A stretch of 64,000 bases of DNA from an uncultured Methanoregulaceae archaeon (GCA_963701095.1 OY969564.1:64001-128000); one strand, 5' to 3'. Counted from the stretch's first letter, positions 34,308-44,103 are shown. Program-made: numbers and translations. Notes: generated by a model from the letters alone, not told the origin.

Positions 34308-34472
34308 GTGAGGCCAATTAATCCGACCATCGACGAACAACTTAATGATACCAATAAAAATTACAGTACGGGATTTGACGAGGATTTTCGACAGATTATC
34401 ATCAATATTATCAAGAGCGAAGAGTTTTCAGAATTTCTAAAAAAGGAAATTATCGAGATTGCTGAGAGATAA
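34308..34472 (+). CDS. 54-aa hypothetical, possible truncated paralog of the RHH repressor
   Basis: GTG..TAA ORF read manually; TATA-like element ~30-40 bp upstream. Confidence 0.4.
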   Translation: MRPINPTIDEQLNDTNKNYSTGFDEDFRQIIINIIKSEEFSEFLKKEIIEIAER

Positions 34473-34713
34473 TTTCTCTCATTAAACGCTCCAGTTCTCT
34501 TTTTACAGCCGGGTTACTCTTCATAAATGTAAGGATGGTTTCCTGCATACTACCTTCAAACTCTTTCCGGTTTTTATAATACTGTAACGCGGTATTCACC
34601 AAGTCACTAACTGACTCAAAAGGAGGTTTATTTCCATCTTTTGAATCTGTCTGATCCTGAACCCATTTGTCAAGATCGTTATTTATCTTGAATGACACCT
34701 GCCGTTTTACCAT
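34450..34713 (-). CDS. Ribbon-helix-helix regulator (putative repressor)
   Basis: RQVSFKI strand and FESVSDLVNTAL helix; divergent from the lytic operon. Confidence 0.7.
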   Translation of the reverse strand: MVKRQVSFKINNDLDKWVQDQTDSKDGNKPPFESVSDLVNTALQYYKNRKEFEGSMQETILTFMKSNPAVKRELERLMREIISQQSR

Positions 34714-34740
34714 AATCTTCTCGCCTCAATCTTAGTGATA

Positions 34741-34778
34741 ATGGTACTACCATATACGTTATTTAATAGTATCACCAT
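34741..34778. promoter_or_regulatory. Paired operator-like sites in the divergent control region
   Basis: ATGGTACTACCAT (perfect palindrome, 34741-34753) and ATAGTATCACCAT (34766-34778). Confidence 0.6.
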
Positions 34779-34854
34779 TTTTCCACCTTTTCGGCATGCT
34801 TATATTGTTCAATTTCGTAAGTAGATCCACCCACCATAGAGGTGTGAATGTAAA

Positions 34855-35001
34855 ATGAGTAAACGAGCAACAATTGAACTCGGAGACAACAATGAACGCA
34901 TCGTTGACACGCTTATCGAAAAAGGCATTTATAAAACCAAAATTGAGGCGATTCGTGCTGCAGTACGTGAACATGGCATAAAGTACGGAGTTTTGGCATG
35001 A
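34855..35001 (+). CDS. 48-aa ribbon-helix-helix protein (Cro-like position)
   Basis: MSKRATIEL...LIEKGIYKTKIEAIRAAVR; GAGGTG RBS; below the ORF-track cutoff. Confidence 0.7.
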   Translation: MSKRATIELGDNNERIVDTLIEKGIYKTKIEAIRAAVREHGIKYGVLA

Positions 35002-35165
35002 TCGAATCACTCGATTATCCGGCAGCGATGACCCCGGAAGATGTAAGATACTTCCGTGAACTCGGGCTCGGGCATAAAATAGACATTGGTCTGAAGATTG
35101 GTGCCCTGGAACTGATTAATGAGCAACAATATGGTGACCGGCATGCAAGCAAAAACAGGTTATAA
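34998..35165 (+). CDS. 55-aa hypothetical protein
   Basis: ATGA overlap with the upstream RHH gene. Confidence 0.5.
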   Translation: MIESLDYPAAMTPEDVRYFRELGLGHKIDIGLKIGALELINEQQYGDRHASKNRL

Positions 35166-35496
35166 CGGCGCCCCGACCCCACAGCCTGCAAGCATCGCGG
35201 GAGAGGGAAGCGCCGGTATAGTATCAGAACACGATCAGAAATATGTGCGCTCAACCTGCATCAGGTGCTGGCAGAAAGTCGTTATTGCATGGAAAAAGGG
35301 CGATTACCTGAAAGACAAGAAATGCCCCCTCTGTGGCGGCCGTCTTTTGGGTAAGGTGCCGGTCAAAAAGGGAGATCCTGATTACCCTGTTCTCGATGCA
35401 GACGCGACCCGGGCTACTGCGTTTCATTGTACAGCAGTCACAGGGACAAATCCGTTCGAGTTCGTGAGTTCTGCGCATGAACTGGTGGGACCATGA
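35119..35496 (+). CDS. Zinc-finger hypothetical protein
   Basis: CIRC...CPLCG. Confidence 0.6.
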   Translation: MSNNMVTGMQAKTGYNGAPTPQPASIAGEGSAGIVSEHDQKYVRSTCIRCWQKVVIAWKKGDYLKDKKCPLCGGRLLGKVPVKKGDPDYPVLDADATRATAFHCTAVTGTNPFEFVSSAHELVGP

Positions 35497-36308
35497 CCGA
35501 TCCCCGCATCATTGATTCACCTCTCGGTCCGGTGATCCCGGTAATCGATATCGCCAAACAGGTGGGATGCAGCCGCACTACCATCTCACATTCCATGCAA
35601 AGGCATCCAGCCCTTTTCAAGGATGTGACTTCAATTCAATGGCTGGAAACCCCTAGTGGCAGGCAGAAACATACCTGTATTGCAAAATCGGCAGTAGAGG
35701 ATCTTATCTCTCACCTACGGCCGATTAACCGTGACAACCTGCCGGAACGCATCGACACGTTCCGGGCGGCACAGATCAGGAAAAATAGTGCAGGAGCACC
35801 GGCCCTGTCTGATATTCTCGCCGAATATGCCCGGCAGGCAAGCGTGCTCGCAAAAGATTGGGATGTAAATCCGGCAGTTGCACAGAAAGTATCCATGGCA
35901 ACGGCCGTGGAAAGATATCCGGATCTGATGCCGTACCGGGCGCTTGTCGGAGGAAACGCTTCAGAAGAGGCACCAGTATCCCTTGCATTAACACCGGGCT
36001 TGCAGGCCGATCCCGATTATGACAAATTCTTCTCTCTCCGCAAGCTGGCACAGATCTGTCAGTGTGAAGAAAAAGTCGCCAGGAAGATCTTAGTCGATGA
36101 GGGTGTGATCGCATACCAGAACACCCACCTGATCCTTACCCATTATGGAGACCGGTTCGGCAAGATCTTTAAAGTCACCCCGGAAGCCCCACACAGAACG
36201 TATGAGGAAAGCAGGATCCGGTATAGCCCGGACGCCGTGCAACTCGTACGCGGGAAACTGTTCTGCATTCAGACAACACTTACGCAGGGAAAGAAAGCGA
36301 CGGGGTGA
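35493..36308 (+). CDS. Phage antirepressor-like protein
   Basis: N-terminal DNA-binding-like domain; C-terminal SLRKLAQ...L...G.I segment resembling KilAC/ANT. Confidence 0.6.
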   Translation: MTDPRIIDSPLGPVIPVIDIAKQVGCSRTTISHSMQRHPALFKDVTSIQWLETPSGRQKHTCIAKSAVEDLISHLRPINRDNLPERIDTFRAAQIRKNSAGAPALSDILAEYARQASVLAKDWDVNPAVAQKVSMATAVERYPDLMPYRALVGGNASEEAPVSLALTPGLQADPDYDKFFSLRKLAQICQCEEKVARKILVDEGVIAYQNTHLILTHYGDRFGKIFKVTPEAPHRTYEESRIRYSPDAVQLVRGKLFCIQTTLTQGKKATG

Positions 36309-36471
36309 CCTCGATGGGCAAGCGAAAACGCATGTTACAACGAGCAGCGCCGTTGCTGTTCCGGTCGCATGACCTGTATGCAGAGTGCCGGAAGTATGGT
36401 GTAAGGGATATCTATGATCTGCCGGTCACGGTGCATTTCGCGTTCCGGTCGGAGCGGCTACGAGGTGCAGC

Positions 36472-37137
36472 GTGAGAGCACAGTATTGTCGGGAGCATAT
36501 CGACAAAGTAGCTGAAGAGTGCGGCATCAGCGAAGAGTACGTTTCTGATGTGAAGAAAGCCGCCAAGTTTTGTTCAGTGGCAGGAGAATTCTCCGACTGT
36601 GCTACCAGCGCAATTCTGGCTTTGATTAACGTTTCGGATGATATAGTGAGAGATAAAGCCATATCGTCCGTGTCAAATTCGTTGAAATCACTAAAGCATC
36701 CCCTGAACGGGCAGTTCCTGAAAGAGCGAAAATTGCCAGAAAAGACCATCAAGAAGGTGATACGGAATATAGAGCGGGAAGTACGGGGCGAGCTGACAAA
36801 GACCTATGAGAAAGAGCGGCGACCTGCACCGGAAACACCAAAAGAACCTGAAATAGAGCATATTGTTGAGGCACAGACCGGGTTCACGACCGCGGCAAGG
36901 ATGAGTGACGGTCTTGGCAACACATTCATCCGGGGAAATCCGCTCAAAATCACACCGGTTCAGCTGACCAAACTACAGGCAGAATCCGCGATAACTTCTG
37001 TGGTTCGGGGTCACTGGACGGATAAAGATCGTGCCGCCCTGGATGATCTCCGCAAGAACGGAGAGCTCGGCGATACGGATCACGACATCCTCTACAATGC
37101 GATGTGGACGTGCCATGATCGGTTGGGGGGTGCGTGA
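36472..37137 (+). CDS. Hypothetical viral protein
   Basis: 221-aa ORF, coupled to neighbours. Confidence 0.6.
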   Translation: MRAQYCREHIDKVAEECGISEEYVSDVKKAAKFCSVAGEFSDCATSAILALINVSDDIVRDKAISSVSNSLKSLKHPLNGQFLKERKLPEKTIKKVIRNIEREVRGELTKTYEKERRPAPETPKEPEIEHIVEAQTGFTTAARMSDGLGNTFIRGNPLKITPVQLTKLQAESAITSVVRGHWTDKDRAALDDLRKNGELGDTDHDILYNAMWTCHDRLGGA

Positions 37138-37280
37138 TGGCCGAACACAAAAAAGGTCACAAGGGTACGGTATCTACCCTCCGGTACAACCGGCAACGGC
37201 GTCGGACAAAGAAAGGACTGGAAAAACCGATTGAGTATACCACGACAGTAGAAGAAGCAGCTCTCGCGTTGGTGATGTGA
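37137..37280 (+). CDS. 47-aa basic hypothetical protein
   Basis: TGATG overlap; MAEHKKGHKG... Confidence 0.45.
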   Translation: MAEHKKGHKGTVSTLRYNRQRRRTKKGLEKPIEYTTTVEEAALALVM

Positions 37281-37290
37281 TTTTGTCGCA

Positions 37291-37343
37291 TCTACCTACC
37301 TACCTCAGCGTACCGTCCGGTTATGTTATGTTATGTAACATAA
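37291..37343. repeat. Short tandem and inverted repeats
   Basis: CTAC x3, then TTATG x3 followed by inverted TAACATAA. Confidence 0.6.
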
Positions 37344-37401
37344 TCCGTAGTTCGGATTTTGGCATTAAGTCAATTTCAGGGTTCCATTCGCTGCAAAGGG
37401 G

Positions 37402-37869
37402 TTGGGGTCTTTGAGGAAAAACCACACCGTCAGTCTCGAAGAGGAAGATGTGCAACTTGCGCAAGCACTCGGTCTGACCAATCTTTCCGATTATGTCCGG
37501 AGTGCAATCTCGTATTTTATTTCTGGTTCAGATCGGGAACTCACCCCCACCGAGATCCGCGAACTCTCAAAAAAACTCGCTCTGGAAAAGCGAGCAGAAC
37601 TTCAAAAACAACAGAAAATCACCGGCCAGTCCAATGAGGAAAAACTGAAGATCGAAGATCTCCGTGCACAACGGCTTGCAAAGATTATCGAGTCGGTGAA
37701 AATCGAATCTTCCCGGGTCGGGTTCGACCGGTTCAAACGATACCTGGACGATCCCTATGGTGACTACGTTGCGATCCAAGACGACATTATAGCAGCAGTC
37801 TCGAATAGTGCCGGTTTCCCGGTGGATCTCGCTGATGTTGTCCAGGCGTTCAGGCAGGTGTCGGCATGA
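37402..37869 (+). CDS. Hypothetical protein with RHH-like N-terminus
   Basis: HTVSL...NLSDYVRSAI. Confidence 0.6.
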   Translation: MGSLRKNHTVSLEEEDVQLAQALGLTNLSDYVRSAISYFISGSDRELTPTEIRELSKKLALEKRAELQKQQKITGQSNEEKLKIEDLRAQRLAKIIESVKIESSRVGFDRFKRYLDDPYGDYVAIQDDIIAAVSNSAGFPVDLADVVQAFRQVSA

Positions 37870-38300
37870 GTTCCAACGGTGGCCCCCGGATTAAGAACGC
37901 GAAGAAAACCGTTATTGATAAGATCACTTTTGCATCGCATATGGAAGCCCGGCGATATATTGAGCTTAAGCGGCTGAAAGCGGCCGGGGTCGTGACTAAG
38001 ATTGATTGCCAGCCGGTATTTATGCTGCAACCTGCGTACCGGAAATGCTGCGATGTGAAATATGATGCCGAAATGACGCCGTTTCTCTATAAAAAAGGCA
38101 TCTGTGAGGTATGCGGGAAGAAGATGCCCGTGGTCAAGGCGATCCGGTATGTTGCCGATTTCCGGGTTACGTATGCAGATGGTCATTTTGAGGTAGAGGA
38201 AGTGAAAGGGTATGCCCAGGAGGTTTGGAGAATCAAGAAGAAAATTTTCGAATTCCGGTACCCGGAGATCACGCTTACAGTAGTAAAGAAGGTGCGGTGA
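37866..38300 (+). CDS. DUF1064-like PD-(D/E)xK nuclease
   Basis: FASHMEARRY, YVADF, EEVKG, KKKIF motifs; Cys-rich insert. Confidence 0.8.
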   Translation: MSSNGGPRIKNAKKTVIDKITFASHMEARRYIELKRLKAAGVVTKIDCQPVFMLQPAYRKCCDVKYDAEMTPFLYKKGICEVCGKKMPVVKAIRYVADFRVTYADGHFEVEEVKGYAQEVWRIKKKIFEFRYPEITLTVVKKVR

Positions 38301-38827
38301 TGACCCACAAACGCAACGGGAATTACAAAACCCTGAAAGATGAATGGGAAACCCCGGACTGGCTCTTTGCATTACTTGACCGGGAGTTTGATTTCCGGGT
38401 GGATGCAGCTGCTCGTAAACACAACACAAAAACCGGACTTTATTTCGAAGACGCACTTTCCGTAGACTGGGCGCATCAAGGGGGCATTGATCCCAGCTAT
38501 TTCCTTAATCCTCCCTACAGTGCCGGGAATATCTCCCGGTTTATGAAGAAAGCCTATGAGGAATCCCTGAAGGGTGCGGTAGTTGTTTGTCTTGTACCGG
38601 TCGCATCGGATACCGGATGGTGGCATACCTACGTGATGAAAGCAGACGAGATCCGGTTCATCAAAGGCCGGGTGAAGTTTATCGGGTACGATGGACAGGG
38701 CAACCCTATCAGGAACTCACCGACGTTCTCATCATGTGTTGTTATTTTTCGGGAAATGTATAAAAAAAGGTTCACTCCGTATATCGGGAAAACCGTCGAG
38801 CGACCCCGGAAGTGTGTGCAGTCATGA
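38300..38827 (+). CDS. Phage DNA N6-adenine methyltransferase (Dam-like)
   Basis: WETP, DAAA, NPPYS, FIKGRVKF motifs. Confidence 0.9.
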   Translation: MTHKRNGNYKTLKDEWETPDWLFALLDREFDFRVDAAARKHNTKTGLYFEDALSVDWAHQGGIDPSYFLNPPYSAGNISRFMKKAYEESLKGAVVVCLVPVASDTGWWHTYVMKADEIRFIKGRVKFIGYDGQGNPIRNSPTFSSCVVIFREMYKKRFTPYIGKTVERPRKCVQS

Positions 38828-39069
38828 ATGAAGAAACAAGAGTTATTTGGGGACGTTCACGAAGCGAGAAAGCAAAATATGTCCATCTTTTTATCAATGA
38901 CGAAGACTGCTGTGGACTAGGATCGCGGCTGGATCTGCAAAACGACGATTGGGATCCCAACAATCCCGAAACATGCCCGCACTGCAGGAAATATTTTGCA
39001 TGGCTAAAAAGGGGATTTCACCGCGTTCCAGAATCTTCAGGAATGCGTAAAAATTCGTTGGCTAAATAG
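38824..39069 (+). CDS. Cys/His-rich hypothetical protein
   Basis: H...CCG...CPHC. Confidence 0.5.
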   Translation: MNEETRVIWGRSRSEKAKYVHLFINDEDCCGLGSRLDLQNDDWDPNNPETCPHCRKYFAWLKRGFHRVPESSGMRKNSLAK

Positions 39070-39141
39070 AATATAATTGATAAGTTAAATCCCATTGACA
39101 CAACAGCACAATTAAGTGTTATACTATGGGATAGTTTAATT

Positions 39142-40353
39142 ATGGAAGGAGGATTCTATGAAATTTTTCCGGGAAAAAAGCAAAAAGAACATTTTGTCCC
39201 TAAATGGTATCTAAGAAATTTTTCTTCCACTCCAGATCAAGGTCATATATGGGTTTATACTACTGAAACGAAAAAAATTAAACAAGAGCCCATTAATCTA
39301 GTTGCACAAAAACAAGGATTTTACGGAAAAGAATTCGAAGATTCATTGGACCCGATTGATACTAGAACGAAGCGTGTAATTGAAAATATTATTTTAAGCG
39401 AAAATATTGATGGTTTAACAAGTACTCAGGAAACCACATTACATGAGTTTTTTACTTTACAATATTATCGAACAGAACATGCAAAAAAGCTCGTCGAAAA
39501 TCAGCTAGAATTTACCATAAAATTTCAAATGGTACCAAAATTAAAACAATCCTATAAACATATTGCCGAAAAAGATTTTGTATCGATATTGAGTGAACCT
39601 CCGACACCTAATTTTTTTCTGTTAAACATCGATATGGCATTATGTTCAATAAAAGCGTTATCCGATTTAACCCCATATTTAATAAAAAATAACACTAATG
39701 TGCCATTTTTTACGAGTGATGACCCCGTAGCTTTCAATAATCGTTATCATGTACCCAATAAATTTTTAATCGGTCTTCATTCCGTTGGTTTACAAATATT
39801 TTGTCCAATAAACGAAAGATACAGCATAATGTTAATTCATAGAGAGGCTTACGATTTAAAAAATTCTGATAGATCTCTTATCAAATTAACTTCAAAAAAA
39901 GATGTTGATTTATTCAATAAATTACAGATCTTAGACAGTCATTTCCAGATTTTTTCAAAAAAGAACTCCTTGAGTTATATTCAACATTTGCATAAAGAAT
40001 CGGAAATGATGAAAAAATCAAAAGGGTTCGACATAAAATTACAAAATGAGATTCCTAGTGAAATTAAAGAATATAAAAAAGTAGAAAGAAGAGACTATGG
40101 ATTACAATTTTCATTTTTAGAGCGTAATAAGAATTTTGTTAGGAACGAATGGCCAAAATGTTTAAGGGAATCACAATCATCCAAAACGGCTTTTGTGCGG
40201 AATAAAGAAATTTATGACGAAGTAATGGCTAATACCGACTCATTTATATCCTCATTTTTGAAGAATTATCAATCAATGATGGAGCAAAAAGTAACTCAGC
40301 TCGATTCAAAAACGATTTCTGTAAAACATCCAAGATATATCAATCAAACATGA
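39142..40353 (+). CDS. DUF4238 family protein (accessory, AT-rich)
   Basis: EHFVPKWYLRNF and FFTSDDPV motifs. Confidence 0.85.
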   Translation: MEGGFYEIFPGKKQKEHFVPKWYLRNFSSTPDQGHIWVYTTETKKIKQEPINLVAQKQGFYGKEFEDSLDPIDTRTKRVIENIILSENIDGLTSTQETTLHEFFTLQYYRTEHAKKLVENQLEFTIKFQMVPKLKQSYKHIAEKDFVSILSEPPTPNFFLLNIDMALCSIKALSDLTPYLIKNNTNVPFFTSDDPVAFNNRYHVPNKFLIGLHSVGLQIFCPINERYSIMLIHREAYDLKNSDRSLIKLTSKKDVDLFNKLQILDSHFQIFSKKNSLSYIQHLHKESEMMKKSKGFDIKLQNEIPSEIKEYKKVERRDYGLQFSFLERNKNFVRNEWPKCLRESQSSKTAFVRNKEIYDEVMANTDSFISSFLKNYQSMMEQKVTQLDSKTISVKHPRYINQT

Positions 40354-40551
40354 ATATTTTTTTTATTTTTTAACCATTTTCACTCTAAAAATCGCAATAT
40401 TCCATTCAATAAAGATTCTAAATTATCAATTTCACCGTCCCGCACCCTCCTTGACCATCCCGTACCCTAATTTCCACTTATCTCAGGCTACCGTCCATTC
40501 TCTTTGGTAAATGCCCCATCCAACGTGGCGGGGCTTTTGGAGTATTTTCTC

Positions 40552-41079
40552 ATGACAAACCCGATTGCAACGCCCACAGGGCTGTACAAGGCTGGTCCGG
40601 CCGGTGTCGGCGGCGAATACCAGACACTCGACTTGATCAACCAGCGGATCTTCATGCTGAACCAGGAACGCATCGTATATGGTCTCCAGTTCGCTGCACC
40701 GGCCACCGTGCCGGTAAACAACGAGGGCATCAAGGACAGCGTAATCATCGATATTGTTCTCGATGGCGACGATGCCCACACAATCCACGACCCGCACCAG
40801 TCGTATTCCTTCCTGTATTGCACCGACTATCCTGCACAACAGAATGGCACATGGTTCGGCTTCTTCAGGGTACCGAATAACAATCCGTCGCTCATTGCCC
40901 CAGGCGCGCACCAGGTCACTGTCAAGGTCGCACCCCGCACGCCTCCTCTGGCTGGTACATCCTCTGCTAACCAAATCCTCCCGCCCCGGAACTTCTCCCC
41001 GGCAGCTGGTGGCGTCAGCAAGACGTTCGTCTACTTTATCGAACCGCTTGCAAACATACCCTCGCAGACATCTGTGTGA
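40552..41079 (+). CDS. Hypothetical viral protein
   Basis: First gene after the DUF4238 insert; GC-rich codon usage like the virion genes. Confidence 0.65.
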   Translation: MTNPIATPTGLYKAGPAGVGGEYQTLDLINQRIFMLNQERIVYGLQFAAPATVPVNNEGIKDSVIIDIVLDGDDAHTIHDPHQSYSFLYCTDYPAQQNGTWFGFFRVPNNNPSLIAPGAHQVTVKVAPRTPPLAGTSSANQILPPRNFSPAAGGVSKTFVYFIEPLANIPSQTSV

Positions 41080-41081
41080 CC

Positions 41082-41791
41082 ATGTCTGCACAAACAGATC
41101 CAAATGAGGTTCCCCAGAACGACCCGAACGCCCGGCCGGATTCACCTTCGACCCGTACGCTGCACCGTGCCAGCAGGGAAATATCATTTCCTTTATCCCG
41201 TTCAGTTACCGGGACGACCACATCTACCAGGACGGTTTCAATGTAGGATTCCGGGCACTCTCCCCGGCCGACATCCAGCCGTGTCCCCCACTCTGGAGAG
41301 ATAAGCGATACGTCTGGGCAGCAGGCCAAGACGCCGGGTTCAAAGCCGGCAGGCTCTCGGACGCCGACAAAGCCCGGATAGCAGCACAACCCCCATTGTT
41401 GCTCACGGTGGATCCCCGTACCGGGTATAGTATCGATCCGTGGAGCGGTCCGGAATATCTCCTCGATGTGCACGATCCCCGTATTCCCTACCACACCAAG
41501 CGGCAACAGATGGTCTCATTGCTCGCAGCCCAGGAAGGTGCCGCCGCAAAGGATCGGGAATCCATCCCGGTTTGCCCTCCGATGTTTAGCGATGTGGAGC
41601 ATTACTGGGACTCGGACTCGATTGCCGGGTATGAGGCAACTCATAGTACCACGCTCCTCCGGATCAAGGGATTCGTAATCAATGAGTTCCTGACCAAAGC
41701 CGGGACTGCCGACTGGACGAGTATCGCGCTCAAGATCGTCTTCGGGCCGGTATTACTGTACGGTGGCTCCACGCTCTTGCACTTGCTCTAG
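41082..41791 (+). CDS. Hypothetical viral protein (frameshift near 41132)
   Basis: One added base joins ATG 41082 to the open frame of ORF 41396..41791. Confidence 0.55.
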
Positions 41792-41901
41792 TATCACCTC
41801 ATAATCACCTCCGGCCTGTGTTTGCCTGCCGTCTGGATCTTGTTCCCCGGCACGGCGCAAAGCCCTCACGGGTGCGGTTCACTCCGCCCGGGCCCATTGA
41901 C

Positions 41902-42051
41902 ATGAAAAAGATAACAGAAAGCGACTGGCAGCGTTCCATCCAGCCCCAGTGCATAGATGCCCGGCCCGTCCGAGGTGGAACAAACTGCACTCACCCGGAC
42001 GGAACCGGATATTGCTATTTCAAAAATTGCCCGAAGGTCGCATCCCCGTGA
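41902..42051 (+). CDS. Small Cys-rich protein
   Basis: MKKITES...C...C...CYFKNCP. Confidence 0.45.
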   Translation: MKKITESDWQRSIQPQCIDARPVRGGTNCTHPDGTGYCYFKNCPKVASP

Positions 42052-42058
42052 GGTACGC

Positions 42059-42595
42059 ATGGAATTCAAGAAAGTCTTCATCAGCGAATTAAAACCTGCG
42101 AAATACAATCCCAGGAAAGACCTTCAGCCAAACGACCCGGAATATCAGCAGATAAAGCGGTCTATCGAAGAGTTCGGGTATGTGGATCCGGTGATTATCA
42201 ACAGCGACAATACGGTTATCGGTGGCCACCAGCGGCTCAAGGTGCTCAAAGAACTTGGCAACGCCCAGATCGATGTCGTCCAGATTGATATTCCCAAAAA
42301 CAAGGAGAAAGCGCTCAACGTCACCCTCAACAAGATTAGCGGCGAGTGGGATATGGACAAGCTCACGTCTCTTCTTGGCGAACTGAAAACGGAAGGGTTG
42401 CTGGATATTACCGGCTTCGATGAAAAAGAGTTCGCGGCATTAAAGGCGAACCTGGAAAAAGTCGATGAACCAAAAGAGGTTCCGTTGAAATCCGCGTTTG
42501 AAGTCATCATCGAATGTCCCAACGAAAGCGAGCAGGAACGAACCTACAATGAGCTCACGGAGGCCGGGTACAAGTGCCGCGTTTTGACATTGTAA
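42059..42595 (+). CDS. ParB/Srx N-terminal domain protein
   Basis: YNPRK, SIEEFG, IGGHQRL, LNKISGEWD motifs. Confidence 0.88.
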   Translation: MEFKKVFISELKPAKYNPRKDLQPNDPEYQQIKRSIEEFGYVDPVIINSDNTVIGGHQRLKVLKELGNAQIDVVQIDIPKNKEKALNVTLNKISGEWDMDKLTSLLGELKTEGLLDITGFDEKEFAALKANLEKVDEPKEVPLKSAFEVIIECPNESEQERTYNELTEAGYKCRVLTL

Positions 42596-43651
42596 AGACC
42601 ACAAAGGCCGATGAAACGTTCAAGGTAGAACAAGTCAAGGGAGCCTTTGACCTGCAAACCTCCACCATCCAGGAACATTTTACCGGAGATATTGCCATTG
42701 AAGGCAAAGACTGGAACATCGGCCTGATCGTTGGGCGGAGCGGGACTGGTAAAACCACTATTGCCCGGGAAGTTTTCGCTAATGGATATATTGAGCCACA
42801 TCAATACGGAACGGCTGCCATTGTAAATGAGATGCCCAACGGCTTGAACTACGCTGATATCACCAAAATGTTCACTGCCGTGGGTTTTTCATCGCCTCCT
42901 TCGTGGCTGAAACCGTATGCCGTACTGAGTAATGGCGAGAAAATGAGGGTCGACCTTGCCCGGGCCCTGCTTGAAGACCGGGACGTGATTGTCTTTGACG
43001 AATACACTTCGGTAGTAGACCGGGACGTTGCCAAAGTGTGTTCTTTGGCGTTGAACAAAGCAATCAGAAACCAAGGTAAGAAGTTCATCGCCGTATCCTG
43101 TCATGATGACATTATCGAATGGCTGCAACCTGATTGGGTGTACGATACCAATCAGCAGACGTTTTCCTTTCGGTCCGGGAAACGTCCTGAAATCACGGTT
43201 GACGTCTTCGACACCCACAGAAACGCAGACCTTTGGCCGTTATTTGGGAAGTATCATTATCTGAATACTGAAGTCAAGAGAGGCACCGACATTTTTGTGG
43301 GCTGCATTAACAACGCCCCGGTAGCCTTCTGCGCTGTGAGGCACTTTCCCCACCCGAAAAATCCCCGGTTAAAGATGATTCACCGGTTGGTGGTCCTCCC
43401 AGATTATCAGGGCATAGGTATAGGAACACGGTTCCTGGGATTCGTGGCTGACCTGTATACAAAGAGGGGATTTGCTGTACACCTGGTCACCTCGCAGGTA
43501 TCGCTTATCAACTCCCTCACAAAACACGGCTGGCGCATGGTCTATTACGGCCACCAGACAAAGCAGGTTGGCGGGCTGGAATGCCTTAAAGAAGCTGACT
43601 AGTACCCGCAGGATTACCGCTTCGTTCGCATATTCCGGGAGGTCGGTGTGA
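42574..43651 (+). CDS. ABC-type ATPase fused to GNAT acetyltransferase (probable extra base near 43585)
   Basis: GRSGTGKT, LSNGE, FDEY; RLVVLPDYQGIGIG acetyl-CoA motif; shifted tail RRITASFAY ends overlapping the terS start. Confidence 0.85.
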
Positions 43652-44103
43652 CCAAGAAGAAACCACCAGCGGCACTCAAGAAACGGGGCCGTAAAAAGAT
43701 CCCGATTGATTACGAAAAAGCGGAGAAATTGGCATCCATAATGTGTACGCAATCAGAAATCGCATCCGTTCTCGGTGTTTCCCTTTCGCAATTGGCTCAC
43801 GATCCCGAATTTTTGCATATCCATAAAAAAGGCATGGAACACGGTAAGGCATCACTGCGCCGTATGCAATATGCCGCTGCGAGTGGTGGAAACCCCACCA
43901 TGCAGATCTGGCTTGGAAAACAGTATCTTGAGCAACGGGATAAGATGGACGTCGAAAACACCATAACAACCGAAGAAGTCCTCGTCCGTGAGCGAGCACT
44001 GATTGAGATAGTCAAGGAGGCTATCCGTGCAGAAGCAGACCCCGAAACTACGCGGAAAATCGTCGCACACATCAAAACCCGCTGCAATCCCGTCAATACG
44101 TGA
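43648..44103 (+). CDS. Terminase small subunit
   Basis: GRKK + HTH (CTQSEIASVLGVS), MQIWLGKQYL; directly upstream of terL. Confidence 0.75.
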   Translation: MTKKKPPAALKKRGRKKIPIDYEKAEKLASIMCTQSEIASVLGVSLSQLAHDPEFLHIHKKGMEHGKASLRRMQYAAASGGNPTMQIWLGKQYLEQRDKMDVENTITTEEVLVRERALIEIVKEAIRAEADPETTRKIVAHIKTRCNPVNT

